Both the position numbers and the translations under genes were made by a program. From assembly GCA_964481735.1 (NCBI GenBank), contig CAYZWR010000005.1, positions 1 to 61,905 of the forward strand: 61,905 nt of DNA, in the 5' to 3' direction. Under the pieces are notes generated by a model. The model was not told the origin of the DNA. It did no database searches and saw nothing but the letters and a program-made list of their open reading frames with translations. The DNA is from an uncultured Thermoanaerobaculia bacterium (GTDB lineage Bacteria > Acidobacteriota > Thermoanaerobaculia > Multivoradales > JAGPDF01). Shown piece after piece: positions 7,355-15,855 of this stretch; the stretch's first letter is position 1; the number at the start of each line of letters is the position of its first letter.

Positions 7355-8525
7355 AGCGCCCGCCGGCGGCGTGCCGTCGCTGCGGCGCGCCTGGGTCGAG
7401 ATCGATCTCGCCGCGCTCGCCAGGAACTACCACCGCCTCGTGGCGCGGGTCGCGCCGGCGCGCATCGTCGCGGTGGTGAAGGCCGACGCCTACGGACATG
7501 GCGCGACGGCGGTGGCGCGCGCGCTCGAACCCCTCGGCGTCGCCGCGTTCGCGGTGGCGCTCGCCGAAGAGGCCATCGAGCTGCGGCAGGCGGGAGTGAG
7601 GACGCCGATCCTGGTCCTCAGCCCGGTGCCTGCGGAGGCCTACGACTCGCTGGCGGAGCACCGCCTCGTTCCCGCCGTCTCCGGGCTCGATCAGCTGCGC
7701 TCGCTCGCCGGCTGGGCTGCGGCCACGGGATGGCCGGGCGAGGTGCACCTCAAGTTCGACACCGGCATGACCCGCCTGGGCATCGAGCCGGAGGCGGCCG
7801 GCGAGGCGTTCGCCATTCTGCGCGCCCATCCCAGCCTGAGATTCGCCGGGGTGCTGTCTCACCTGGCGGAGGCCGAGTCGCCCGAGTCCCCGGCGAACGC
7901 CCGCCAGCTCGATCGGTTCCTCGCCGTGCTGGCGCTCCTGCGCGCCGAGGAGCGCCGCCAGGTGGCGGTGCACCTGGCGAACAGCGCCGCGGCGCTCCAC
8001 CTGCCGGCCTCCCACTTCGACCTGGTGCGGCTCGGACTCTCGCTCTACGGCTACGATCCAGCCGGACGCGCGGCCGTGGAGCTCGAGCCGGTGCTCGCCG
8101 TGCAGGCGGAGCTGGTCCAGGTGCGCGAGGTCCCCGCCGGGACGCGGGCCGGTTACGGCGGCCGCTGGGTCGCGGATCGGTCGAGCCGGGTCGGAGTGGT
8201 ACCGGTCGGGTACGCCGACGGCTATTCCTGGCGGCTGGGCAACCGGGCCGAGGCGCTGGTGCGGTCACGTCGCGTACCGGTCGCCGGAAGCGTCTCGATG
8301 GACATGCTGCTGGTCGACCTGACCGACAGCGGCGGCGAGATCGGGGAGCGGGTCACCCTGCTCGGACGACAGGGCGGAGAGGCGGTCACGGCGCGCGAGC
8401 TCGCGGCGCGAGTGGGGACGGTGCCGTACCAGATGCTCTGTCTCTTCGGGCTCCGGCTCCCGCGCCGCGTGCTACGGGAGGGTGCCGAAACGGGGCGTGC
8501 GGTCGATCGTGGGACGGGCAGCTGA
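7347..8525 (+). CDS. alr: Alanine racemase
   Basis: 392 aa, GTG start overlapping the dnaB stop by 8 nt. PLP-lysine motif VVKADAYGHG and C-terminal YGG.W, VGYADGY motifs. Confidence 0.9.
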   Translation: MAEAPAGGVPSLRRAWVEIDLAALARNYHRLVARVAPARIVAVVKADAYGHGATAVARALEPLGVAAFAVALAEEAIELRQAGVRTPILVLSPVPAEAYDSLAEHRLVPAVSGLDQLRSLAGWAAATGWPGEVHLKFDTGMTRLGIEPEAAGEAFAILRAHPSLRFAGVLSHLAEAESPESPANARQLDRFLAVLALLRAEERRQVAVHLANSAAALHLPASHFDLVRLGLSLYGYDPAGRAAVELEPVLAVQAELVQVREVPAGTRAGYGGRWVADRSSRVGVVPVGYADGYSWRLGNRAEALVRSRRVPVAGSVSMDMLLVDLTDSGGEIGERVTLLGRQGGEAVTARELAARVGTVPYQMLCLFGLRLPRRVLREGAETGRAVDRGTGS

Positions 8526-8527
8526 CC

Positions 8528-9880
8528 ATGGCCGGCCGGACGCTCTATGCCTGCCAGGCTTGCGGCTACCAGTCCTCGGGGTGGCTGGGGCGGTGTCCCG
8601 AGTGCGGTGCCTGGTCGAGCTTCGTCGAGGAGTTGCGCGAGCCGGCGAAACGCGGCAGCCCGTCGCGAGCCGCCGGCGGAGCTCCGCTCGTCGCGCTGGC
8701 GGGGGTGGAGCAGGACCGGGTGGTGCGCACCTCCTCCGGGCTCGGCGCGCTCGACCGCGTCCTGGGCGGCGGCGTGGTCGCGGGCGGCGCGGTGCTGCTC
8801 GCCGGCGAGCCCGGAATCGGCAAATCGACCCTCCTGCTGCAGCTCGCCGCGCAGCTCGCGGCGCGCGACCGGATCGTGCTCTATGCGAGCGCCGAGGAGT
8901 CGCCCCGGCAGCTCCGGCTGCGCGCCGAACGTCTCGGCTGCGCGGCGAGCGGCGTGCTGGTGGCCGGGGAGACCCGCCTCGAACCGCTGCTCGCGGCGGT
9001 CGCCGAGGCGCGGCCGGCGGCTCTGCTGGTCGACTCGGTCCAGGCGCTGAGCAGCGAAGAGCTGGAGAGCCCTCCGGGCTCGATCGGTCAGGTACGGCAC
9101 GCGGCGCACCGGCTGGTCGAGGTGGCGAAGCGCCAGGAGATCGCGCTCTTCCTGGTCGGGCACGTGACCAAGGAGGGGACGATCGCCGGTCCGAAGTCGC
9201 TCGAGCACCTGGTCGACACGGTGCTCAACTTCGAGGGCGAGCGGGAATCGGATTACCGGATCCTGCGCGCGGCGAAGAACCGTTTCGGTCCGACGGGCGA
9301 GATCGCCATGTTCGAGATGCGCGAGAGCGGTCTCGAGCCGGTCTCCGATCCCAGCCGGGTCCTGCTCGCCCGCCGGCGGCGCGGCGCGCCCGGCTCGGCG
9401 GTGCTGCCCACGATCTCGGGCTCGCGGCCTCTGCTCGTCGAGACCCAGGCGCTGGTCAACCCGACCAATTTCCCTGCGCCGCGGCGCATGAGCGTCGGCC
9501 TGGACGCGAACCGGACGATCCTGCTGGTCGCCGTGCTGGAGCGCTTCACCCGCCTGGGGCTCGCCGATCGCGACGTCTTCCTCAACGTGGTGGGGGGACT
9601 GGCCTTGCGCGAGCCGGCGGCGGATCTCGCGGTGGCCGCGGCGTTGATCTCCGCCTACCGCGGAGTGGCGCTGCCGCCCGACGCGGTCTACTTCGGCGAG
9701 GTGGGACTGCTCGGCGAGGTGCGTCCGGTGGGGCAGACCGAGGCGCGCCTGCGGGAGGCGGCGGCGCACGGCTTCACCGCGGCCTTCCTGCCGCGCACCG
9801 ACGGCCTCGCGGCGCGCGACGGACTGGACCGGGTCGAGATCTCGACCGTCGAGGAGCTGGCCGAGCGCATCGCCGGTTGA
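8528..9880 (+). CDS. radA: DNA repair protein RadA/Sms
   Basis: ATG at 8528, 3 nt after the alr stop. N-terminal zinc ribbon YACQACGYQSSGWLGRCPECGAW, Walker A GEPGIGKST, KNRFG motif, and a Lon-like C-terminal domain. Confidence 0.95.
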   Translation: MAGRTLYACQACGYQSSGWLGRCPECGAWSSFVEELREPAKRGSPSRAAGGAPLVALAGVEQDRVVRTSSGLGALDRVLGGGVVAGGAVLLAGEPGIGKSTLLLQLAAQLAARDRIVLYASAEESPRQLRLRAERLGCAASGVLVAGETRLEPLLAAVAEARPAALLVDSVQALSSEELESPPGSIGQVRHAAHRLVEVAKRQEIALFLVGHVTKEGTIAGPKSLEHLVDTVLNFEGERESDYRILRAAKNRFGPTGEIAMFEMRESGLEPVSDPSRVLLARRRRGAPGSAVLPTISGSRPLLVETQALVNPTNFPAPRRMSVGLDANRTILLVAVLERFTRLGLADRDVFLNVVGGLALREPAADLAVAAALISAYRGVALPPDAVYFGEVGLLGEVRPVGQTEARLREAAAHGFTAAFLPRTDGLAARDGLDRVEISTVEELAERIAG

Positions 9881-9887
9881 GCCGGGC

Positions 9888-10619
9888 TCAGCGCTGCATG
9901 CCCGGCCAGTTCAGGTCCGGAGGAGGACAGGCGGGACGGCCGAGCAGGTAGCCCTGGGCGAAGTCGACGCCCGCGTCGATCGCCGCGCGCAGCTCACCGA
10001 CGGTCTCGATCCCCTCGGCGATCGTTCGCGCGCTCATCTCCTTGCACAGCGCGACGATCGAGCAGAGCAGGCGAGACTGGCGGTTTCCCGGGGAGCATCC
10101 GACGATGAGCTCGCGGTCGAGCTTGACGAGCTCGGGCTGCAGGTCGGCGATGTACTTGAGGTTGGAGAATCCGGCTCCCAGGTCGTCGATGGCGAGCGAG
10201 ATCCCCTTCTGGCGGATCTCCCCGAGCACGCTGTGGCACTGGGTGAAGTACTTGATGGGCACCGACTCGGTGATCTCGAGGGTCACCGGGTGGCGGTGCC
10301 GGAACATCGGATCGTCGGGGCGCACCAGCCAGCCGTAGTCGAACTCGTGGGGATCGATGTTGAGAAAGAGCGGTTGGTGCGGGCAGAGGCGGATGGCCTG
10401 ATCCCGATGCAGTCGGCCGAGCTCGGCGACTCGCCCGGCCTGCACCGCCGCCTCGAACATCTCGGGCGTGCTGGCGAAGAGGGGGTTGTGATTGGCGGCC
10501 AGCGCCTCGTAGGCGAAGACGCGCCGCCGGTGGACGTCGACGATGGGCTGGAAGGCGATCCCGACCTGGCCGAGATCGACCATCTCGTGAATCGCACGGA
10601 CGCGTTCGGCGTCGAGCAT
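9888..10619 (-). CDS. Standalone EAL-domain protein (putative c-di-GMP phosphodiesterase)
   Basis: 243 aa containing YEALAAN, EITES, DDLGAGFSNLKY, KLDREL, EGIET and AQGYLLGRP, so all canonical EAL catalytic motifs appear present. There is no sensor or GGDEF domain. Confidence 0.85.
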   Translation of the reverse strand: MLDAERVRAIHEMVDLGQVGIAFQPIVDVHRRRVFAYEALAANHNPLFASTPEMFEAAVQAGRVAELGRLHRDQAIRLCPHQPLFLNIDPHEFDYGWLVRPDDPMFRHRHPVTLEITESVPIKYFTQCHSVLGEIRQKGISLAIDDLGAGFSNLKYIADLQPELVKLDRELIVGCSPGNRQSRLLCSIVALCKEMSARTIAEGIETVGELRAAIDAGVDFAQGYLLGRPACPPPDLNWPGMQR

Positions 10620-10641
10620 GGGCGGTCGAGTCTGCCGTTCC

Positions 10642-11544
10642 TCAGAGCTGCGGTGAGGAGCCGGTGAGGCGGCGAAACGCCTCGAGGTAGCGGCTCCTGG
10701 TGCCCTGCACGACGTTCTCCGGCAGCTCGGGCGGCGGCGACTCGTGATCCCACCCGGAAGCGTCCAGCCAGTTGCGCACGAACTGCTTGTCGAACGAGGC
10801 GGGCTCGCTGCCGGGTTTCCAAGCCTCGGCCTCCCAGTAGCGCGACGAGTCGGGAGTCAGCGCCTCGTCGATCCAGACGATCCCGCCCCCGGCCAGGCCG
10901 AACTCGAACTTCGTGTCGGCAAGGAGGAGCCCGACCGATTCGGCGTGCCGCGCGGCGTCGGAGTAGAGGTCGAGCGTGAGGTCGCGCAAGCGCGCGGCGA
11001 GCGCGGTGCCGACCGCATCGGCCATCGTCGCGAAGCTGACGTTCTCGTCGTGGCCGCTCTCGGCCTTGGTGGCCGGCGTGAAGATCGGCTCGGCGAGACG
11101 GCTGGCGCGCTCGAGGCCCGGTGGCAGGGAGATGCCGCACGCCGTGCCGGCGGCGCGGTACTCCTTGAAGGCGCTGCCGGCGAGGTAGCCGCGAGCGACG
11201 CATTCGAAGGGCACCACGTCGGCCTTGCGGGCCAGCACGGCGCGGCCGCGGAGGAGCTCGCGGTGCGGCGCGCAGACCGCGGGGAACTCCTCGGGCTCGG
11301 TGGCGAGCAGGTGGTTGGGCACCCGGTCGGCGAGGCGGGCGAACCAGAAGTTCGTCAGCTGGTTGAGGATCATCCCCTTGCCGGGAATGGCGGGCCGCAG
11401 GACGTGATCGTAGGCCGAGAGCCGGTCGCTGGCTACCAGGAGCAGCCGGTCGCCGAGGTCGTAGACGTCGCGCACCTTGCCTCGCCGGGGCGCCGGAAGC
11501 CCCGCCAGGTCGCTCTGCCAGACTGCCGTTTCGCTCGCCTGCAT
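10642..11544 (-). CDS. purC: Phosphoribosylaminoimidazole-succinocarboxamide (SAICAR) synthase
   Basis: 300 aa with RGKVRDVYDLGDRLLLVASDRLSAYD and LADTKFEFG motifs. AAGGAG lies upstream of the ATG. Confidence 0.95.
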   Translation of the reverse strand: MQASETAVWQSDLAGLPAPRRGKVRDVYDLGDRLLLVASDRLSAYDHVLRPAIPGKGMILNQLTNFWFARLADRVPNHLLATEPEEFPAVCAPHRELLRGRAVLARKADVVPFECVARGYLAGSAFKEYRAAGTACGISLPPGLERASRLAEPIFTPATKAESGHDENVSFATMADAVGTALAARLRDLTLDLYSDAARHAESVGLLLADTKFEFGLAGGGIVWIDEALTPDSSRYWEAEAWKPGSEPASFDKQFVRNWLDASGWDHESPPPELPENVVQGTRSRYLEAFRRLTGSSPQL

Positions 11545-11590
11545 TCGATCTCCTTGCCCCGCTGGGCGCCGGCTGCTCGCGCGCCGCGGC

Positions 11591-13591
11591 TCAGGCGCTC
11601 AGTGGAGCGGTGAATTCGCGTTCGATCAGGTCGACCAGGCCGCCGCCACGCAGCTCGACCAGCGTGTTGTCTCCCCAGAGCGCCGCGTCGACGATCTCGT
11701 AGATCGGCAGGCGGTCGAGGCCCTTGAGGTGCGCCACACCCAGCTTGCGCAGGCCCACGAGCAGGCTGCCTCCGGCGAGGTCGAGCTTGACGGCGATGTA
11801 GGTCCGTTCGCCGTCGAGCAGCCGGAACATGCGTCCGTGCGTCTGCTCCTGCTCGAGCCGCGAGACGAAGTCCCAGGTGGCGACGATCCCCTCGTTGACC
11901 AGCGAGCCGTTCTGGTTGATGTAGGCGTAGAAGCCACGCGACTCCTCGCGCTTGTTGACCACGTCGACGTTGCGCTGCGTCATCGGCGCGAAGAAGCGAT
12001 TGACCGTGGTCTCGGGATAGCCCAGGGTGATGAGCAGGTTCTTGATCTCGTCGATCTCGCGCGAGGCCTTGCCGGTGGTCAGCCGCGAGAGCTCGACGAC
12101 GCCGTGGCCGAAGAACTCGTAGCGGTCGCCGCCCTCGTCCTTGCCTCCGATCTGGATGGGGAGCAGGCGGTATTGCCCGTGGTTCAGGGCGATGCGCAGC
12201 CCGTTGCAGAACGGAAAGCCCTTGGCGAGCGCTTCGCGGTAGGCGCGCTGGATGTGGATGGCGAGGACCAGGAGGTTGTGCGCCTCGCGGCTCGAGTAGA
12301 AGGCGCCGTCGCCCAGATACTTCTCGAGCTTGGCGCGATTCTGGGTCGCCAGCCGATTCACCTTGCGCTGGAAGCGGAACATCATGCGGAACGAACGGTC
12401 CTGCTCGAGCGTCCCCGAGCGGCGCAGCAGCGAGACGGTCTCGGTGAAGTCGGAGATGTCGTAGATCAGCCCGAAGCGCGCGACCAGCGGGTCGACCACC
12501 CAGGGGGCCATGAACTCCAGCGGACGGGTGCTGGCCGACAGGTGCATCACCCCACCGCTCGACCCCACCCGGGTGGCGTAGCGCTCCCGGCCGATCAGGT
12601 GTCCGCCCTGGCGCTCGACCAGCACCACGCTGCGGCGCATGGCGTGCAACAACTCGAACTCCTTGAGCTTGAGGAGCAGGCTCTCCCAGACCTGCAGCCA
12701 GGCGGAGGGCAGGAGTCGATCGGGGTCGTAACCGGGCCGGCCGGAGAGGAACGTGAGGTAGCCGGGCCAGTTGAGATGCAGGCGGGGTTCGGCGAGCGAC
12801 TCGCCGCCCAGCAGGCGGGCGACCTGGGCGAGCTCGGGATCGTGTTGCAGGCACTCGGTGTACCACTCCGCCGACTTCATCAGCCGGCTCCGGAACTCGC
12901 GGCCGTCGAGCCGCAGGCAGCCGGAGAAGTAGCTCCCCAGCTCCGCGAGGTTCGGGCTGACGTGATCCTCGGTGAAGATCAGGATGTTGTCCTTCATCCG
13001 GGTCAACAGGTTCGGAAAGAGCTGCTGCTCGATCTCCTCGGTGTCGGAGGAGAGCCGGTTGACCAGGTCGTAGGTCAGGTTCGAGAGCCGGTCGAGCACT
13101 TTGTGGTAGACGCGGTACTTGAACTCGTCGGCGTGTTTCTTGCCCCAGGGCATGTCGCGCCGGATGGCGCGCTTCGGCGTGTCGCGGAAGCCGCGCGCGA
13201 TGCCGCTCGAGTGGTAGAGCCAGAAGATCGCCGGGAAGTGCCGGCCGTAGCTCGCCGTGATGACGTTCTCGGTCGCCCGGGTGAGCAGCAGACGGTAGCG
13301 CTCCCAGGCGCCGGCGAACGCCGAGCTGTCGAACGAGCTGCGCTGCAGGGTGGCGTATTCGGCCTCCTCCTCCTGCGCGAGGTAGCCCTCGAAGGCGCGG
13401 TCGAGCGACGTGAGCTCGGGGGTCGCCAGCACCGGGTAGCCGAGCAGCGGCGTGGCGTTCTCGTCCTCGAGATAGATGCGCTGCGGCAGGGGGAGGATGC
13501 GCTCGCCGTCCGGAATGAGGCGGCGCAGCTCCTCCGCATTCCTAGCCAGGAAGTTGAAGGGGCCGGAAAGGAGCTGCGCAACCGGGAGCAT
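11591..13591 (-). CDS. 666-aa protein: unassigned N-terminal region (~residues 1-365) plus a divergent class III nucleotidyl cyclase homology domain (~residues 368-634)
   Basis: The start is set at MLPVAQ (ATG at 13591-13589), because the upstream part of ORF 11591-14167 overlaps the GT2 gene and is Arg/Ser-rich. Cyclase-like motifs: FGLIYDISDFT (metal Asp), KYLGDGAF (K..GD), LRIALNHG, FFGHGVVELSRL, and LGVAHLKGLDRLPIYEIV (the typical C-terminal LKG...P..VYE). Confidence 0.6.
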   Translation of the reverse strand: MLPVAQLLSGPFNFLARNAEELRRLIPDGERILPLPQRIYLEDENATPLLGYPVLATPELTSLDRAFEGYLAQEEEAEYATLQRSSFDSSAFAGAWERYRLLLTRATENVITASYGRHFPAIFWLYHSSGIARGFRDTPKRAIRRDMPWGKKHADEFKYRVYHKVLDRLSNLTYDLVNRLSSDTEEIEQQLFPNLLTRMKDNILIFTEDHVSPNLAELGSYFSGCLRLDGREFRSRLMKSAEWYTECLQHDPELAQVARLLGGESLAEPRLHLNWPGYLTFLSGRPGYDPDRLLPSAWLQVWESLLLKLKEFELLHAMRRSVVLVERQGGHLIGRERYATRVGSSGGVMHLSASTRPLEFMAPWVVDPLVARFGLIYDISDFTETVSLLRRSGTLEQDRSFRMMFRFQRKVNRLATQNRAKLEKYLGDGAFYSSREAHNLLVLAIHIQRAYREALAKGFPFCNGLRIALNHGQYRLLPIQIGGKDEGGDRYEFFGHGVVELSRLTTGKASREIDEIKNLLITLGYPETTVNRFFAPMTQRNVDVVNKREESRGFYAYINQNGSLVNEGIVATWDFVSRLEQEQTHGRMFRLLDGERTYIAVKLDLAGGSLLVGLRKLGVAHLKGLDRLPIYEIVDAALWGDNTLVELRGGGLVDLIEREFTAPLSA

Positions 13592-13599
13592 GCCTTGAT

Positions 13600-13608
13600 T
13601 GCTACAAT
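13600..13608 (+). promoter_or_regulatory. Extended -10 promoter element TGCTACAAT for the GT2 gene
   Basis: TGnTAnAAT-type match in the 46-bp divergent intergenic region, 29 nt upstream of the ATG at 13638. Confidence 0.4.
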
Positions 13609-13637
13609 ATCGCGGCCGCCGAGGCGCGGCGCCCATC

Positions 13638-14627
13638 ATGATCCCGAATCCAACCCTCGACCCGTCCAGGGTCCCCGTTCCTGCCCCCGTCCGGGCGTGC
13701 GACCTCTCGATCCTCGTGCCGGTGCTCGACGAGGCGGCCAGCGTCCACGAGCTCGTCGCCCGGGTCCGGGAGGCCGTGACGCCTCTCGGCCTCGACTTCG
13801 AGATCGTCTTCGTGGACGACGGCTCGCGCGACGGCACCAGCGAGCGGGTGCGCGAGGCGCGGCAGGGCGATCCCCGGGTCAAGCTGGTCCGGCTGCGCCG
13901 CAACTTCGGCAAGGCGGCGGCGCTCACCGCCGGCCTCGACCACTCCGGCGGGCGCTGGATCGTGACCATCGACGGCGACCTGCAGGACGATCCCGCGGAG
14001 ATTCCGCGCCTGCTCGCCGCGCTCGAGGACGGGCCGCTCGATCTGGTGTCGGGCTGGAAGCAGGACCGCCAGGACCCGCTCTCGAAGACGCTGCCTTCGC
14101 GGCTCTTCAACTGGGCGACGCGCAAGCTGGCGCAGGTCGACCTGCACGACTTCAACTGCGGCTTCAAGGCCTATCGCCGCGAGGTGCTGGAGGAGGTCCC
14201 GGTGTATGGCGAGCTGCACCGCTACATCCCCGTGCTGGCGAGCCGCAAGGGCTACGCGGTCGGGGAGCTGGCGGTGCGGCACCACCCCCGCCGGCACGGG
14301 GTCAGCAAGTACGGCTGGGACCGCTTCTACAAGGGGCTGCTCGACCTGCTGACCGTGCTCTTCATCACCAAGTACACGCGGCGCCCGCTGCACCTGTTCG
14401 GCGCTCTCGGCCTGCTCGGACTGGGCAGCGGGTTCCTGATCAACCTGTACCTCGCGGTGCGCTGGTTCATGGGCGAGCCGCTCTCGAATCGGCCCCTGCT
14501 GCTGCTCGGCGTGCTCCTGATGCTGATCGGGCTGCAGGTGCTGACCACCGGTCTGCTCGCCGAGATGATGACCCACAAGACCTTCCGGCGGGCCGACAGC
14601 TACTCGGTCAAGGAGCTGCTCGATTAA
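13638..14627 (+). CDS. GT2 polyprenyl-phosphate sugar synthase-like glycosyltransferase (DPM1/ArnC/GtrB-like) with C-terminal TM helices
   Basis: Motifs SILVPVLDE, FVDDGSRDGT, IDGDLQDDP (the DxD), and the FNCGFKAYRR acceptor loop. Two C-terminal hydrophobic helices are present. Confidence 0.85.
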   Translation: MIPNPTLDPSRVPVPAPVRACDLSILVPVLDEAASVHELVARVREAVTPLGLDFEIVFVDDGSRDGTSERVREARQGDPRVKLVRLRRNFGKAAALTAGLDHSGGRWIVTIDGDLQDDPAEIPRLLAALEDGPLDLVSGWKQDRQDPLSKTLPSRLFNWATRKLAQVDLHDFNCGFKAYRREVLEEVPVYGELHRYIPVLASRKGYAVGELAVRHHPRRHGVSKYGWDRFYKGLLDLLTVLFITKYTRRPLHLFGALGLLGLGSGFLINLYLAVRWFMGEPLSNRPLLLLGVLLMLIGLQVLTTGLLAEMMTHKTFRRADSYSVKELLD

Positions 14628-14637
14628 GCCGGCCGGG

Positions 14638-15855
14638 CTGGACGTCCTCTTCCTCACCCAGACCTACCCGCGCTCGCCGCACGACAGCGCTGGGCCTTTC
14701 ATCCGTGACATCGCACGCGCCCTGGTGAAGGGCGGGGACCGGGTGCGCGTGCTGGCGCCGCACGCCGCCGGACTCGCGGCGCGGCGGGTCGAGGACGGCG
14801 TCGTGGTGGAGACCTTTCGCTACGCCCCGGAGCGCTTCGAGGCGGTCGGCTACGGACGCTCGCTGCGCGCCGACGAGCGCCTCGCGGGAGGAGGGCTGCT
14901 CGCCGCGCCGCTCTATCTCGCGGGAGCGCGGCGGGCGCTCCGTACCGCGCTGCGCACTGGCCCGTGCGATCTGGTGCAAGCGCACTGGGTGGTCCCGAAT
15001 GCGCTGGTCGCCGCGACCTGCGTGGGCTCGACCCCGCTGGTGGTCGGGTTGCACGGCAGCGACGTCTTCATGGCCGAGAAACCGCTGATTCGCACCTGGA
15101 CGCGTTGGGCGCTGCGCCGCACCTCCGCGGTCACCAGCTGTTCGCCGGAGCTCGCCCGTCGCATCGGCGCGATCGGGTTCCCGGCCGAACGAACCAGCGT
15201 CATCCCTTACGGCGTCGACAGCGAGCTCTTCCGGCCCGACCCGGCGCGGCGCGGGATCTGGCGCGAGCGCCTGGGCATACCGGACGGAGCGCCCCTGCTG
15301 CTCGGTGTCGGGAGGATGGCGACGAAGAAGGGATTTCACCTCCTCCTCGCGGCCCTGCCCGAGCTCTTCCGGCGGCACCCCGAGGCACATGTCGTCCTGG
15401 CGGGAGGCGGCGATCGTCTGGAGGAGTGGCGACGCGAGGCCGCGACGCTGTCCGGAGCGGTGCACTTCCCGGGCGCGGTGCAGCACGACACGCTGCCCGA
15501 TCTCTACCGGGCCGCCGATCTCTTCGTTCTGCCGGCGGTGCACGACGCCAAGGGGAACGTCGACGGTCTGCCGAACGTGATTCTCGAAGCGATGGCGAGC
15601 GGCCTCGCGGTGGTGGCGAGCCGCGTCTCCGGGATCCCGATCGCGATCACGCAGGGCGAGCAGGGCTGGCTGATCGAGGAAGGAGACGTCGCGGCTCTGG
15701 CCGGCGTGCTCGCCGAGGCCGTGGCCGGAGTCGAAGCGCGGCGGCAGCGAGGGCGAGCCGCGCGCCAGCGGGCCGAACGGGAGTTCACCTGGGAAGCCGT
15801 GGCGGCGCGCTACCGGGCCGCCTATCTCGCGGCGCTGGGCCGCCCAGCCTACTGA
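14638..15855 (+). CDS. GT4-family (GT-B fold) glycosyltransferase; start codon uncertain (CTG 14638 or ATT 14623 proposed)
   Basis: The conserved N-terminal strand DVLFLTQTYPRSPHDSAGPFIRDIA is encoded at 14641-14715, upstream of the first canonical start (GTG 14725). The C-terminal part has the GT4 E-x7-E-like region LPNVILEAMASGLAVVAS. No ATG/GTG/TTG lies in frame between the in-frame stop at 14569-14571 and 14725. Confidence 0.8.
   Translation: MDVLFLTQTYPRSPHDSAGPFIRDIARALVKGGDRVRVLAPHAAGLAARRVEDGVVVETFRYAPERFEAVGYGRSLRADERLAGGGLLAAPLYLAGARRALRTALRTGPCDLVQAHWVVPNALVAATCVGSTPLVVGLHGSDVFMAEKPLIRTWTRWALRRTSAVTSCSPELARRIGAIGFPAERTSVIPYGVDSELFRPDPARRGIWRERLGIPDGAPLLLGVGRMATKKGFHLLLAALPELFRRHPEAHVVLAGGGDRLEEWRREAATLSGAVHFPGAVQHDTLPDLYRAADLFVLPAVHDAKGNVDGLPNVILEAMASGLAVVASRVSGIPIAITQGEQGWLIEEGDVAALAGVLAEAVAGVEARRQRGRAARQRAEREFTWEAVAARYRAAYLAALGRPAY

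Noticed and set aside
11591-13591. The cyclase-fold protein as the cyclase of a Pycsar/CBASS-type antiphage system
   Set aside because: There is no adjacent effector (TIR, TM, nuclease, patatin or similar). The flanking genes are purC and envelope glycosyltransferases, and the context looks like core genome. The fold resemblance alone does not support a defence role.
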